From positions 1 through 64,000 of the forward strand of contig DFLH01000050.1 in assembly GCA_002373695.1 (NCBI GenBank): DNA of 64,000 nt. Reading direction: 5' to 3'. The stretch comes from Verrucomicrobia bacterium UBA3624. GTDB lineage: Bacteria; Verrucomicrobiota; Kiritimatiellia; RFP12; UBA1067. This document shows, one piece after another, positions 29,822 through 38,656 of this stretch. The notes beneath the pieces are model-generated. The model saw only the letters and a program-made list of their open reading frames with translations, was not told the origin of the DNA and made no database searches. The stretch's first letter is position 1, and every line of letters begins with the position of its first letter. A program made the translations under genes and the position numbers.

Positions 29822-30166
29822 ATGAAGATGATATGCATAAATTGCCCGAAAGGGTGCGAACTGGATGTTTCACGTGGTGCGGACGGAGCCGTGGTGGTGA
29901 CCGGGCATTCATGTCCGCGTGGCGAGACTTACGGCAGAAGCGAACTCGTCAATCCGACACGTATGGTGACAGGGCTTGTCCGTGTGGCGGGGATGCGCAA
30001 ACCTCTTCCGGTCAAGACCAGGACGCCTGTGCCCAAGGGCAAGATCCCAGACGTGCTCTTCGCCCTGCACCAGACTACCGTGCAGCTTCCGGTGAAGATC
30101 GGAGACGTCATAATCCCAGGCGTTGCGGGAACCGACGTGGATATAGTAGCGACAGCAAACATGTAG
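29822..30166 (+). CDS. DUF1667-domain small Cys-rich protein, partner of the oxidoreductase
   Basis: MKMICINCPKGCELDV...GHSCPRGETYG; sits 12 nt after the oxidoreductase gene. Confidence 0.7.
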   Translation: MKMICINCPKGCELDVSRGADGAVVVTGHSCPRGETYGRSELVNPTRMVTGLVRVAGMRKPLPVKTRTPVPKGKIPDVLFALHQTTVQLPVKIGDVIIPGVAGTDVDIVATANM

Positions 30167-30181
30167 AGGGCCGGAGGACAC

Positions 30182-31204
30182 ATGCCAACTCCTCGCACCA
30201 CAGAGACGCTCAATCAGCGTAACGCCAATTTCGACAATCGGCTGCGTCCCGGCCGGTTCGACGAGTTTGTCGGACAGCAGAAGATTCGCGACCGTCTCGA
30301 ACTTGCCGTCAAAGCGGCCAAAGACAGGCACGAGACCCTAGACCACGTCCTTTTCTCGGGACCGCCCGGGCTCGGCAAGACGACGCTTTCATACATCCTC
30401 GGCGATGCGATGGGAGTGCATGTCAAGACTACATCGGGGCCCGTGCTGACGAAGCCCGGCGACCTGGCCGGCCTGCTCACGTCGCTCGAAACCGGCGATA
30501 TCGTTTTCATAGACGAAATCCACAGGATGGCCAAGACGGTGGAGGAGTACCTCTATTCCGCCATGGAGGATTTCGCGATAGACATCATGATCGACCAGGG
30601 GCCGAACGCTCGCAGCGTGCGGCTTGAACTTCCACGGTTCACGCTTGTGGGCGCCACCACGCGCATAGGCCTGATCGCGGCGCCACTGCGGGCCAGGTTC
30701 GGCCTTGTGAACCGCCTCAGCTACTACGAGCCGGAGGATCTGGCAGCGATCGTGACGCGTTCGGCGGCCAAGCTTGGCGTCGACATCGTGCCTGAAGGCG
30801 CAAGGGAGATCGCCGCGCGGGCGCGCGGCACGCCGCGCATAGCGAACAACCTTCTCCGCCGGGTGCGCGACTACGCGCAGGTGAAGGCGGACAACCTTAT
30901 CACTCGCCAGGTGGCGATAGACTCGCTGTCTCTCCTGGAGATCGACCCTAACGGACTCGATGAGATGGATGTCAAGATACTTGAAACCATCTGCGCGAAA
31001 TTTGGCGGAGGCCCCGTCGGCCTTTCCACCATCGCCGTCTCGGTTGGCGAGGAACCAGATACGATCGAAGAAGCCTACGAACCGTTCCTCATAATGGAAG
31101 GATATCTGGAACGTACGCCAAAGGGTCGTATGGCTACGGCTCTCGCATGGAAGCGATTGGGACTGGCTCCGGCCGCATCGCGCCAGCCGTCGCTTTTTCA
31201 GTGA
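30182..31204 (+). CDS. ruvB: Holliday junction branch-migration helicase RuvB
   Basis: [14 protein letters not shown]..., Walker [17 protein letters not shown], and an arginine finger. Confidence 0.95.
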   Translation: MPTPRTTETLNQRNANFDNRLRPGRFDEFVGQQKIRDRLELAVKAAKDRHETLDHVLFSGPPGLGKTTLSYILGDAMGVHVKTTSGPVLTKPGDLAGLLTSLETGDIVFIDEIHRMAKTVEEYLYSAMEDFAIDIMIDQGPNARSVRLELPRFTLVGATTRIGLIAAPLRARFGLVNRLSYYEPEDLAAIVTRSAAKLGVDIVPEGAREIAARARGTPRIANNLLRRVRDYAQVKADNLITRQVAIDSLSLLEIDPNGLDEMDVKILETICAKFGGGPVGLSTIAVSVGEEPDTIEEAYEPFLIMEGYLERTPKGRMATALAWKRLGLAPAASRQPSLFQ

Positions 31205-31263
31205 CGATTCCCATTGACGGCACGCCAGAAGCAAGCGTATACTTTGTTTCCCAAGGAGCAATT

Positions 31264-32607
31264 ATGGTCTATCCAGAACTACCCCATGACGTAAATTCGC
31301 CGACGCATCCGGTATCGGCCATGGATTACATGCCAGTCGGGCCTCTGCGGGCACTCCAGCTGCACCGCCTCCAATGGACGGTGAAATACGCCTACGATCG
31401 TGTGCCGCTTTTCAGGAAGAGGTGCGAGGAGCGTGGCGTCAGGCCCGAACACATAAGGACTCTTGCAGACATAAAGCTGCTTCCATTTTCAAAGAAGACC
31501 GACCTGCGCGACGAATATCCAATGGGACTGAGAGCCGCTCCGATGGACGAGATCGTCCGTTTCCACTGTTCGTCCGGCACCACCGGCAAGCCTATCTGCG
31601 TTCCCAACACGATTAATGACATTGCCGTCTGGCAGAACGGCGCAATGCGCTGCCTGGCCATGGGTGGCGTCAGGGCCGGGGACGTGCTGCAGGTTTCCTA
31701 CGGCTACGGCCTCTTCACTGGCGGCCTGGGCCTGCATTACGGCGGCGAGGGCCTTGGATGCGCGGTTCTGCCTACATCGGGCGGCAACACGGAACGCCAG
31801 GTAATGCTCATGCGCGACCTTGGCGTCACCGTGATAGCCTGCACTCCGTCATATTTCCTGCGCATCATGGACGAGGCGAGGAAGCAGGGCGTGGACTTCC
31901 GCCGCGACACGAAACTAAGGCACGGTTTCTTTGGCGCGGAACCCTGGACGAACGAAATGCGCGACACCATCGAACGCGAAACCGGGATTGTCGCGCACGA
32001 CATATACGGGCTTACCGAAATCGCCGGCCCTGGCGTCGCCGGCGACTGCAAATACCGTGCGGGACTCCATATATGGGAAGACCACTTCTACCCGGAGATC
32101 ATCGATCCGGAGACACTCGAGCCGCTTCCGGACGGCGAGGTCGGCGAACTGGTGTTCACCACGATCTCACGCTGCGGCACGCCGATGATACGCTACCGTA
32201 CGCGCGACCTCACGCGCCTGCACACCGAAGTTTGCCCATGCGGCCGTACGATGCGCGTGATGGACAGAATATCCGCCCGTTCTGACGACATGCTCATCAT
32301 ACATGGAGTGAACGTGTTCCCGGGCCAGATCGAGGCCGGTCTCCTGCGCGTGCCGGAAGTCGCCCCGCACTACCAGATAGTCCTCGAATCCACCGACACG
32401 CTCGACCGGTTCGAAATCAAGGTGGAGGTGACGCCTGACGCGTTCTCCGACGACATCCGCCATCTGGAGGATCTGCGCAAGCGCGTTCTGGACGCCGTCA
32501 AGTCTATAATCGGCCTTACGCCGAAGATCACGCTTGTCGAACCCAACACGCTGCCACGCAGCGAAGGCAAGATCAAACGTGTCGTCGACAACCGGAAGAA
32601 AAACTAA
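31264..32607 (+). CDS. Phenylacetate--CoA ligase family protein (PaaK-like adenylating enzyme)
   Basis: AAGGAG RBS then ATG at 31264. The motif is RFHCSSGTTGKPI, and the protein has PaaK-like length and C-terminus. The track ORF start at 31147 is a spurious extension. Confidence 0.85.
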   Translation: MVYPELPHDVNSPTHPVSAMDYMPVGPLRALQLHRLQWTVKYAYDRVPLFRKRCEERGVRPEHIRTLADIKLLPFSKKTDLRDEYPMGLRAAPMDEIVRFHCSSGTTGKPICVPNTINDIAVWQNGAMRCLAMGGVRAGDVLQVSYGYGLFTGGLGLHYGGEGLGCAVLPTSGGNTERQVMLMRDLGVTVIACTPSYFLRIMDEARKQGVDFRRDTKLRHGFFGAEPWTNEMRDTIERETGIVAHDIYGLTEIAGPGVAGDCKYRAGLHIWEDHFYPEIIDPETLEPLPDGEVGELVFTTISRCGTPMIRYRTRDLTRLHTEVCPCGRTMRVMDRISARSDDMLIIHGVNVFPGQIEAGLLRVPEVAPHYQIVLESTDTLDRFEIKVEVTPDAFSDDIRHLEDLRKRVLDAVKSIIGLTPKITLVEPNTLPRSEGKIKRVVDNRKKN

Positions 32608-32619
32608 GGAGGACATTCC

Positions 32620-33057
32620 ATGACCATCAAGCAGATCAGCATCTTCCTCGAAAACCGTCCAGGCCATCTGGCCGAGACATGCCGTACCCTTGCCGAAGCC
32701 AGAGTCAATATCATCACGCTTTCCCTCGCCGATACGAGGGAATTCGGGATCGTGCGCATGATCGTGGACGACTGGGAGAAGGCGCGCGACGTACTGGCGG
32801 CAAAAGGCCGCGTGGTCAACGTTCGCGACGTGGTTGCCGTGACCGTGCCGGATCGGCCAGGCGGAATGGCGGAAATACTTTCCGCCCTTGATGCGGCCCA
32901 GGTCAATGTGGAATACAGCTATGCGTTTGCGTTCCACCACGGGGAAAAAGCCGTTCTGGTGTTCCGCTTCGAAGACAACGCAAAGGCATTGACCGCCCTT
33001 TCCGCCGCCGGAATCGACGTGCTTGCGTTCCCGGACATAATCTCTGAAGCCCGTTGA
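32620..33057 (+). CDS. ACT-domain protein (tandem ACT), the typical partner of PaaK-like ligases
   Basis: GGAGGA RBS. MTIKQISIFLENRPGHLAETCRTLAEARVNII matches an ACT fold twice. Confidence 0.8.
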   Translation: MTIKQISIFLENRPGHLAETCRTLAEARVNIITLSLADTREFGIVRMIVDDWEKARDVLAAKGRVVNVRDVVAVTVPDRPGGMAEILSALDAAQVNVEYSYAFAFHHGEKAVLVFRFEDNAKALTALSAAGIDVLAFPDIISEAR

Positions 33058-33524
33058 TGCCGAGTCTCCAGTCCAGATGCGCCCGCGCTTCGTCTTTGTT
33101 CTCTGCCATTCTGCTGCTTGCAGGATGCTATAGCGTTGATGTGGCTAAAAACATCGCATTGGACGAATCCACCGGCAAAGACGGATCGGTAGCCGCAGAG
33201 CATGTCGTGGTGTCGAACTACGGCTGGTACTTGTTCAACTACTTTCCCATAGCCTGCGGCAATGCCAGCCCAGATGCCGTCTTCCCATGGCGGTTCTTCT
33301 CGAACCATGTCACCGCCCGGTTGCTGCACGATCGCATGATGGAATACGCCGCCAGCAAAAACGCCGAGGTTAGCGATCTCGTGTTCTTTCGCGACGAACA
33401 GGTGTTCTTCACCGTTCCCGGCAGCCAGTTCCCGCTTCCGATACCGTATATCCTGTGTTTCAAGGAAATCCAGTTCTCGGGAATGATGGTCTATGGCAGG
33501 GAAGAGAGAGGCGGCGTAGAATGA
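33054..33524 (+). CDS. Hypothetical lipoprotein (first of a tandem paralog pair)
   Basis: ...SAILLLAGCYSV has a lipobox. The shared motif is SNYGWYLFNYFPIACGN. It overlaps the ACT-gene stop. Confidence 0.55.
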   Translation: MMPSLQSRCARASSLFSAILLLAGCYSVDVAKNIALDESTGKDGSVAAEHVVVSNYGWYLFNYFPIACGNASPDAVFPWRFFSNHVTARLLHDRMMEYAASKNAEVSDLVFFRDEQVFFTVPGSQFPLPIPYILCFKEIQFSGMMVYGREERGGVE

Positions 33525-33904
33525 CGATGCGTCCGTTGCTGTTAGCCATGCTGGCCGCATGTACCGGTTGCGCCACCATAAAGACCGCATCGTCGTTCCA
33601 TGGCGTCAGCATCGAACATGGCGACAGTCCGATCGAGACCGTTGAAATAGAGAACTCGGGATGGCTTCTCTTCAAGTTCATTCCGCTGGGCAGCGGCAAT
33701 CCCGATCTGCCCAACAGGGCTTCATGCCGTCTTTTCCGGAACACGGTGACGCTCCAGAACAACATCGACATGCTTATGAAGGAGATGGACCGCGTAGGCG
33801 CGACAAAAGCAGCGACCATCGCGAGCCGCAAGACGGACGAAACGATATTCATTATTTTCCTGACGCGCCATGCCTACCACACGAGCGCCGTTCTCCTGGA
33901 GTAG
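33521..33904 (+). CDS. Hypothetical lipoprotein (second paralog)
   Basis: MTMRPLLLAMLAACTGC has a lipobox. ENSGWLLFKFIPLGSGN parallels the upstream gene. ATGA overlap with the upstream stop. Confidence 0.55.
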   Translation: MTMRPLLLAMLAACTGCATIKTASSFHGVSIEHGDSPIETVEIENSGWLLFKFIPLGSGNPDLPNRASCRLFRNTVTLQNNIDMLMKEMDRVGATKAATIASRKTDETIFIIFLTRHAYHTSAVLLE

Positions 33905-33913
33905 AGTTGCAAA

Positions 33914-34978
33914 ATGAGAATTGCCAGATCCATACAAAAACTGACGCCATACACGCCAGGCGAACAGCCTAAAGATTCGCATGTCGTCAAACTCAACACG
34001 AACGAAAACCCATATCCGCCGTCTCCGCGTGTCGCGCAGACGCTGTCGGCATTCGATCTGGACAAGCTTCGCCGGTACCCAGATCCGGTGTTTGCCGAAC
34101 TCCGCGCGAAACTCGCCTCCATACACGGCACGACTCCTGACCGGATTTTCATAGGCAACGGCTCCGACGAGGTCTTGACCCTTGCCGCGCGTGTTTTTGT
34201 CGACGACGGGGAGGCGATCGGGGCTTTCGACCCGAGCTACTCACTCTACAAAACGCTCGCAGCTATCAGGAACGTGCCATTTGTCCCAACGCCGCTTGCC
34301 GGCGATTTTACATGGAGCGAGCCTGAATGCATAGGAGAAGCAGCCGACACCACGGTTCCCGTAGCCTTGTTCCTGCTGACGAATCCAAACGCTCCAACAT
34401 CCATAAGCCATCCCCAAGACAAGATCGCTTCGTTTGCCCGGAAATTCCCTGGCGTCGTCCTGATCGATGAAGCCTATGCCGATTTTGCGGACGGCAACTG
34501 CGTTTCCCTCGCAACCGCCGCCGAAAATCCCAACGTAGTGGTGATGCGTACGCTATCGAAATCCTTTTCGCTTGCCGGTCTCCGTCTGGGATACTGCATT
34601 GGGCCGGTCGACCTGATCGATGCGCTGTACAAGGCGAAAGATTCCTACAACATCGATGCGCTAGCCCAGGCATTGGCCCTTGCAGCACTTGACGACCTGC
34701 CATGGATGACAGGCAACACGAAAAAAGTTCGCGCAACCAGAACCAGAATCGCAGGGGAACTTAGGAGACGTGGATGGGACGTGCCCGATTCGCAGACGAA
34801 TTTTCTGTTTGCGCGCCCGCCTTCCAACAACGCTGCGGACATCTTTGAAGACTTGCGGACGAGGCACATCTACGTGCGCTATTTCCCTGGGCCGCGTACC
34901 GGCGAAAGGCTTCGCATTACCATTGGAACCGACGCTGAAATGGACGAGTTTCTTTCAGCCATCGACAGTCTCGCGTAA
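33914..34978 (+). CDS. hisC: Histidinol-phosphate aminotransferase
   Basis: LNTNENPYPPSP and a PLP-lysine context TLSKSFSLAGLRLGY. Confidence 0.9.
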   Translation: MRIARSIQKLTPYTPGEQPKDSHVVKLNTNENPYPPSPRVAQTLSAFDLDKLRRYPDPVFAELRAKLASIHGTTPDRIFIGNGSDEVLTLAARVFVDDGEAIGAFDPSYSLYKTLAAIRNVPFVPTPLAGDFTWSEPECIGEAADTTVPVALFLLTNPNAPTSISHPQDKIASFARKFPGVVLIDEAYADFADGNCVSLATAAENPNVVVMRTLSKSFSLAGLRLGYCIGPVDLIDALYKAKDSYNIDALAQALALAALDDLPWMTGNTKKVRATRTRIAGELRRRGWDVPDSQTNFLFARPPSNNAADIFEDLRTRHIYVRYFPGPRTGERLRITIGTDAEMDEFLSAIDSLA

Positions 34979-35010
34979 GATCATCCCCGTGAAAAGCAGA
35001 CAAAAAAGGA

Positions 35011-35036
35011 ATGGATGAGCGCCATGCGTCATCCAT
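35011..35036. terminator. Bidirectional rho-independent terminator between convergent hisC and acpP
   Basis: 8-bp stem ATGGATGA / TCATCCAT with a 10-nt loop, flanked by A6 upstream and TTTCCTTTTT downstream. Confidence 0.5.
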
Positions 35037-35069
35037 TTCCTTTTTATCGGCATAAACAACAGCAGCCAG

Positions 35070-35339
35070 TTACTGAGCTGCAGGCGCCGAACCATCGTCA
35101 CCGTATCCCTTGCTCTTGAGGTAATCGGTGACCTTGCCAACCGTCGTCAGCTTCTCGGCATCCTCTTCCGGGATCGCTGCGCCAAATTCCTCTTCGAAAG
35201 CCATTATCAACTCGACCGAGTCAAGCGAATCCGCGCCCAGATCATCGATAAACGAAGCCTCGGGGGTAACCTGCTCGGCATTGACACCAAGCTGCTCGAC
35301 GATGATTTCCTTAACGCGATCTTCAAGTTTTCCTGCCAT
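35070..35339 (-). CDS. acpP: Acyl carrier protein
   Basis: ...[22 protein letters not shown]; phosphopantetheine Ser in DSLD; has a short acidic C-terminal extension. Confidence 0.9.
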   Translation of the reverse strand: MAGKLEDRVKEIIVEQLGVNAEQVTPEASFIDDLGADSLDSVELIMAFEEEFGAAIPEEDAEKLTTVGKVTDYLKSKGYGDDGSAPAAQ

Positions 35340-35448
35340 TTGATTATCTCCTTTGGTTTGGATGGAAACTAGTATATCAAATCTGGTTCGTGAGTGCGAG
35401 GAGAAAAAACAACTTTTTCCAATTGTCTAAAAAACGCGCGGATTTCTT

Positions 35449-36822
35449 CTAGAAGCGGTATGTAACCGTAACTGCCGCCGCATGCGAAAGCCCGTTAGAC
35501 GATTCAAGTTTGTGGCGTGCGCCTGTTCCATCGCGCAGGAAAAGCGAATCACCGCCCATGAACACCAGTCCATAACTGGCGGAAATATCGAAGTTGCCCC
35601 AAATGTAGCCAAAACCAATCGTGGCTATGTGCCTGTCGCCGGGTGGCAGCATCGAGGATCCGTGATACTTCCGGCATGGATCCTGGTCGTAGATGTAAGA
35701 TCCCATCAGCGTCAGATTTTCGGTCAGGTCGTATGCAGCGCCGAAACCTATGCGCCAGGCATCGTTCCATTTAAGCGGAACCGTGCGGTCGTTGTCGCCA
35801 GGCAGGTGGAAATTTATCGATTCCATGCACGACCACTGCGTCCATGTCGCCGCCGTACCAAGGTGGAGGTCGTCGAGAAGATCGTAGTTCAGCCCCATTG
35901 TCAAAGACTGCGGCAGACGTACCTTCGCAGACGCTGGGCCGTCCGCCGATGCGGCGCCGTTTCTCACTTGTTCGTGGGCCTGGCTGACGGCAGCGCTGTA
36001 GGCCTGCTGATACGCTCGCTGATACAGCGTGCTGTAGATTGGAGTGCCCGCATACTGGGCCAACGCCGCCTCAACGCCCTTCTGCACCTGTTCCGCTATG
36101 GCAGAATCGTCATAGCTCTCGACACGCGTATGGTTCTCCCCCTTGATCTTGCAGTCTATGAAGGATTTGTACATCAGTCCGGCAGACAACCGTTCCGTGA
36201 TATTGTAGCGAGTTGAAACCTGCCATCCCCAATCTATCATACCGTTGTCGCCACGCAGATGGTCTCTTACGGTTCCGTAGTTCCGGCCCTCGCTTAAAGC
36301 CATCTGATCCGAATGCTGGTCAAACGAGAAATACATGAGACGGATGCCTGCCGATACTGACCAGTCCTCCGTTACGGCATATGCAAGGTTCGGATTGAAG
36401 CTGATACCCTCGATCGTCGTGTCGCGAGTGTCCCAGGCCATCGACCAGTTCTTGTGGTAGTGCGTACCCAGGCCGAATTCCGGGGCTATGCCCAGACCAA
36501 ACGTAAATCCATACGGAAGAGATTGCGCAACGTATGCGTGAGGCAGTACAAAACATCCCGGATTCATCTTCCTGCTCGAATGCCCATCGATGTACATGTC
36601 GGCAGTCGGATGTTCGGTTGTCATGCCGACCGTCACGACCGTTCCCGTCAGATCGCTCAGGGTCGCAGGGTTGTAGAAGTTGGCAGAAGCGTCCACGGCA
36701 CGCCCCATCAAGGCTCCACCCAGCGCATTGCCGCGCGCAGAACCCTCATAAAGGGCAAATCCCGCAGAAAATGCAGTCGATGCCGTCATTCCGGCCAAAA
36801 CCAAGATTTCTACCTTCTTCAT
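35449..36822 (-). CDS. FadL/TodX/OMPP1-family outer-membrane hydrophobic-compound transporter
   Basis: Signal peptide. AGFALYEGSARGNALGGA...ASANFYNPATL is the N-terminal signature. C-terminal ...VTVTYRF. Confidence 0.75.
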   Translation of the reverse strand: MKKVEILVLAGMTASTAFSAGFALYEGSARGNALGGALMGRAVDASANFYNPATLSDLTGTVVTVGMTTEHPTADMYIDGHSSRKMNPGCFVLPHAYVAQSLPYGFTFGLGIAPEFGLGTHYHKNWSMAWDTRDTTIEGISFNPNLAYAVTEDWSVSAGIRLMYFSFDQHSDQMALSEGRNYGTVRDHLRGDNGMIDWGWQVSTRYNITERLSAGLMYKSFIDCKIKGENHTRVESYDDSAIAEQVQKGVEAALAQYAGTPIYSTLYQRAYQQAYSAAVSQAHEQVRNGAASADGPASAKVRLPQSLTMGLNYDLLDDLHLGTAATWTQWSCMESINFHLPGDNDRTVPLKWNDAWRIGFGAAYDLTENLTLMGSYIYDQDPCRKYHGSSMLPPGDRHIATIGFGYIWGNFDISASYGLVFMGGDSLFLRDGTGARHKLESSNGLSHAAAVTVTYRF

Positions 36823-36933
36823 AACAACAAATTCCTTTCAGGGGTTGTTGGTGTGACATTTTACAGGATTTTGTCTCAACAGGCAAGCGGGAAATTGCCG
36901 ACATGAAGAACGGGAGCAAAAGACGCAAGCCGA

Positions 36934-38628
36934 TCAGCGCATCTTGAGTGCAAACGGAACGGTTGATCTGGCGTATTCCGGCGGAATGGAAACCTTCAAG
37001 CCGTCGATGGTTCTTTCCGCCTTGAGCGTTGCCGATTCACCGATGATTGAGATTGCCGCACCGTCCGGGACATCGCATGCGAGCATGATCGAATTGGCCG
37101 GCTTTTTCACAATCGCATAACGGGTCTTGCCGTCCTTCGACTGCGTATAGTCCACCAGATCGGTCTTGTACGGTGCGCAGATACGTGTTGAATAGATGGC
37201 CTCTCCGTACCTGGAGAGCCATTTGCCGATCTGAAGAAGGCGCTCGCGCTGTACGGCAGGGATCTCACCCTGGGGATCGAGATTCACAAGCAGCAGCAGA
37301 TTGCCGCCACGCGCCACGATATCGGCAAAATGGCAGACGAATTCTGCCTCGCTCATGACCATGCCGGTATCGAAATTCTCCATCCAATGGTTTCCGTACG
37401 CCTTTGAAATGCCTGAACAAGACTCCCAGGGATGCCATTTTGAAGGATCGAGGCATTCCTCTGTATCGCCCCATTCATCCGTGAAAAAGTCGCCACGGAC
37501 CGTCCGGAGCCAGGTACGCGGCCGTTTGGTGAAACGGCCCTTGATTTCTTCAGGCTTCGCCTTGCCGTAACGGTCGTTGCAGGCCACCTCCTTGCGTCCT
37601 TCGGCCTTGTTGTAGAAGTACGCTGTGATATCGTAGCTGCCGTTTTCGTGGGCGAACGTCGCCCAGTCGTAGTCGTACCAAAGGAGATCTGGATCGTATT
37701 TGTCTATGAACTCCGTCGTCTGCGGCACGATATAGTCGCGCACGAAGTCTTTCACGGCAATCTTGCCGGAGGCTTTCCATTCCATGTCGGGAGTGCAATC
37801 TACCATCCGGTCCGCTTCCTTCCATATCTTGATCGATCCGTCGTCCTGGAGAATCGGATATTCCCATTCTCCGGCCTGCGAAGTGTAGCAGCCGAACTTC
37901 AAGCCCTGCGCACGGCAGGCATCGGCGATCTCGCGCGCGAAATCGCGATGCGCGCCCTGATCGACGGTATCGCGGAAGGTGTAGGAGCAGTCCCAAAGGC
38001 AGAATCCTGAATGGTGTTTGAGGAACGGGACGACATACCGCGCGCCACATGACGAGAACAGCCTGGTCAATGCCGGAGCATCGAATTTCGATCCGCGGAA
38101 CAAATCGATGAAATGGTCGCACATGAAATCTTCGCCCCAGTTCTTCTTGTGATATGGCCATGCGCTGTTGCTTTTGTTGCCATAGTCCGGCCGGCATCTC
38201 AGCTCGTACCAGTCGGGATAGAGCCTGGCGCCCTTGACATACGGACACCACGAGGCCAGGGACCATAGTCCCCAGTCTATGAAAATGCCAAACTTCGCGT
38301 CTACGAACCACTCCGGGCACGGATGAGAATCCATGGACGCCCCTGTAGCCTTGTATTTTCCTGCGGCGTTGACGGCGTCAACCTTCGCCATCTGCGCCTT
38401 TGCGCGCGCCATCGTCCCTGCGGAATGCTCCTTGGATATCTGGCGTATGCTCTTGGGATACAGTACGGGCTTCCACCCCTTCGGCCTCCTGTACCCTTCT
38501 GGCGCGGCAGGCACGTCGGCTTTGACGCCGCCCTTGCACCGCGCCAGCTCGTCGGCCGGCGCGGCATTTTCAGCCGATACGAGACATGCTGCGGCTCCAA
38601 ACGCCGCAGCAAAGGCAATTTTCTTCAT
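36934..38628 (-). CDS. GH29 alpha-L-fucosidase, secreted
   Basis: AGGAG RBS and a signal peptide. WFVDAKFGIFIDWGLWS, with catalytic Asp in the FGIFIxWG context. There is a C-terminal beta-sandwich domain. Confidence 0.85.
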   Translation of the reverse strand: MKKIAFAAAFGAAACLVSAENAAPADELARCKGGVKADVPAAPEGYRRPKGWKPVLYPKSIRQISKEHSAGTMARAKAQMAKVDAVNAAGKYKATGASMDSHPCPEWFVDAKFGIFIDWGLWSLASWCPYVKGARLYPDWYELRCRPDYGNKSNSAWPYHKKNWGEDFMCDHFIDLFRGSKFDAPALTRLFSSCGARYVVPFLKHHSGFCLWDCSYTFRDTVDQGAHRDFAREIADACRAQGLKFGCYTSQAGEWEYPILQDDGSIKIWKEADRMVDCTPDMEWKASGKIAVKDFVRDYIVPQTTEFIDKYDPDLLWYDYDWATFAHENGSYDITAYFYNKAEGRKEVACNDRYGKAKPEEIKGRFTKRPRTWLRTVRGDFFTDEWGDTEECLDPSKWHPWESCSGISKAYGNHWMENFDTGMVMSEAEFVCHFADIVARGGNLLLLVNLDPQGEIPAVQRERLLQIGKWLSRYGEAIYSTRICAPYKTDLVDYTQSKDGKTRYAIVKKPANSIMLACDVPDGAAISIIGESATLKAERTIDGLKVSIPPEYARSTVPFALKMR

Positions 38629-38656
38629 CTTGTTTCTCCTATGTCGAGCCGGTATT

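Noticed and set aside
31147-31263. 39-codon N-terminal extension of the PaaK-like ORF; similar extensions on the trpA, upp, GH88, GH43, MFS, hisB, recR and beta-helix genes.
   Set aside because: Homologous sequence and an RBS or signal peptide begin at internal start codons. The extensions overlap upstream genes.
35340-35448. Possible acpP promoter (TATACT -10 at 35371-35376, minus strand; TTGACA further upstream).
   Set aside because: The -35/-10 spacing could not be made canonical by eye, so it is left unannotated.
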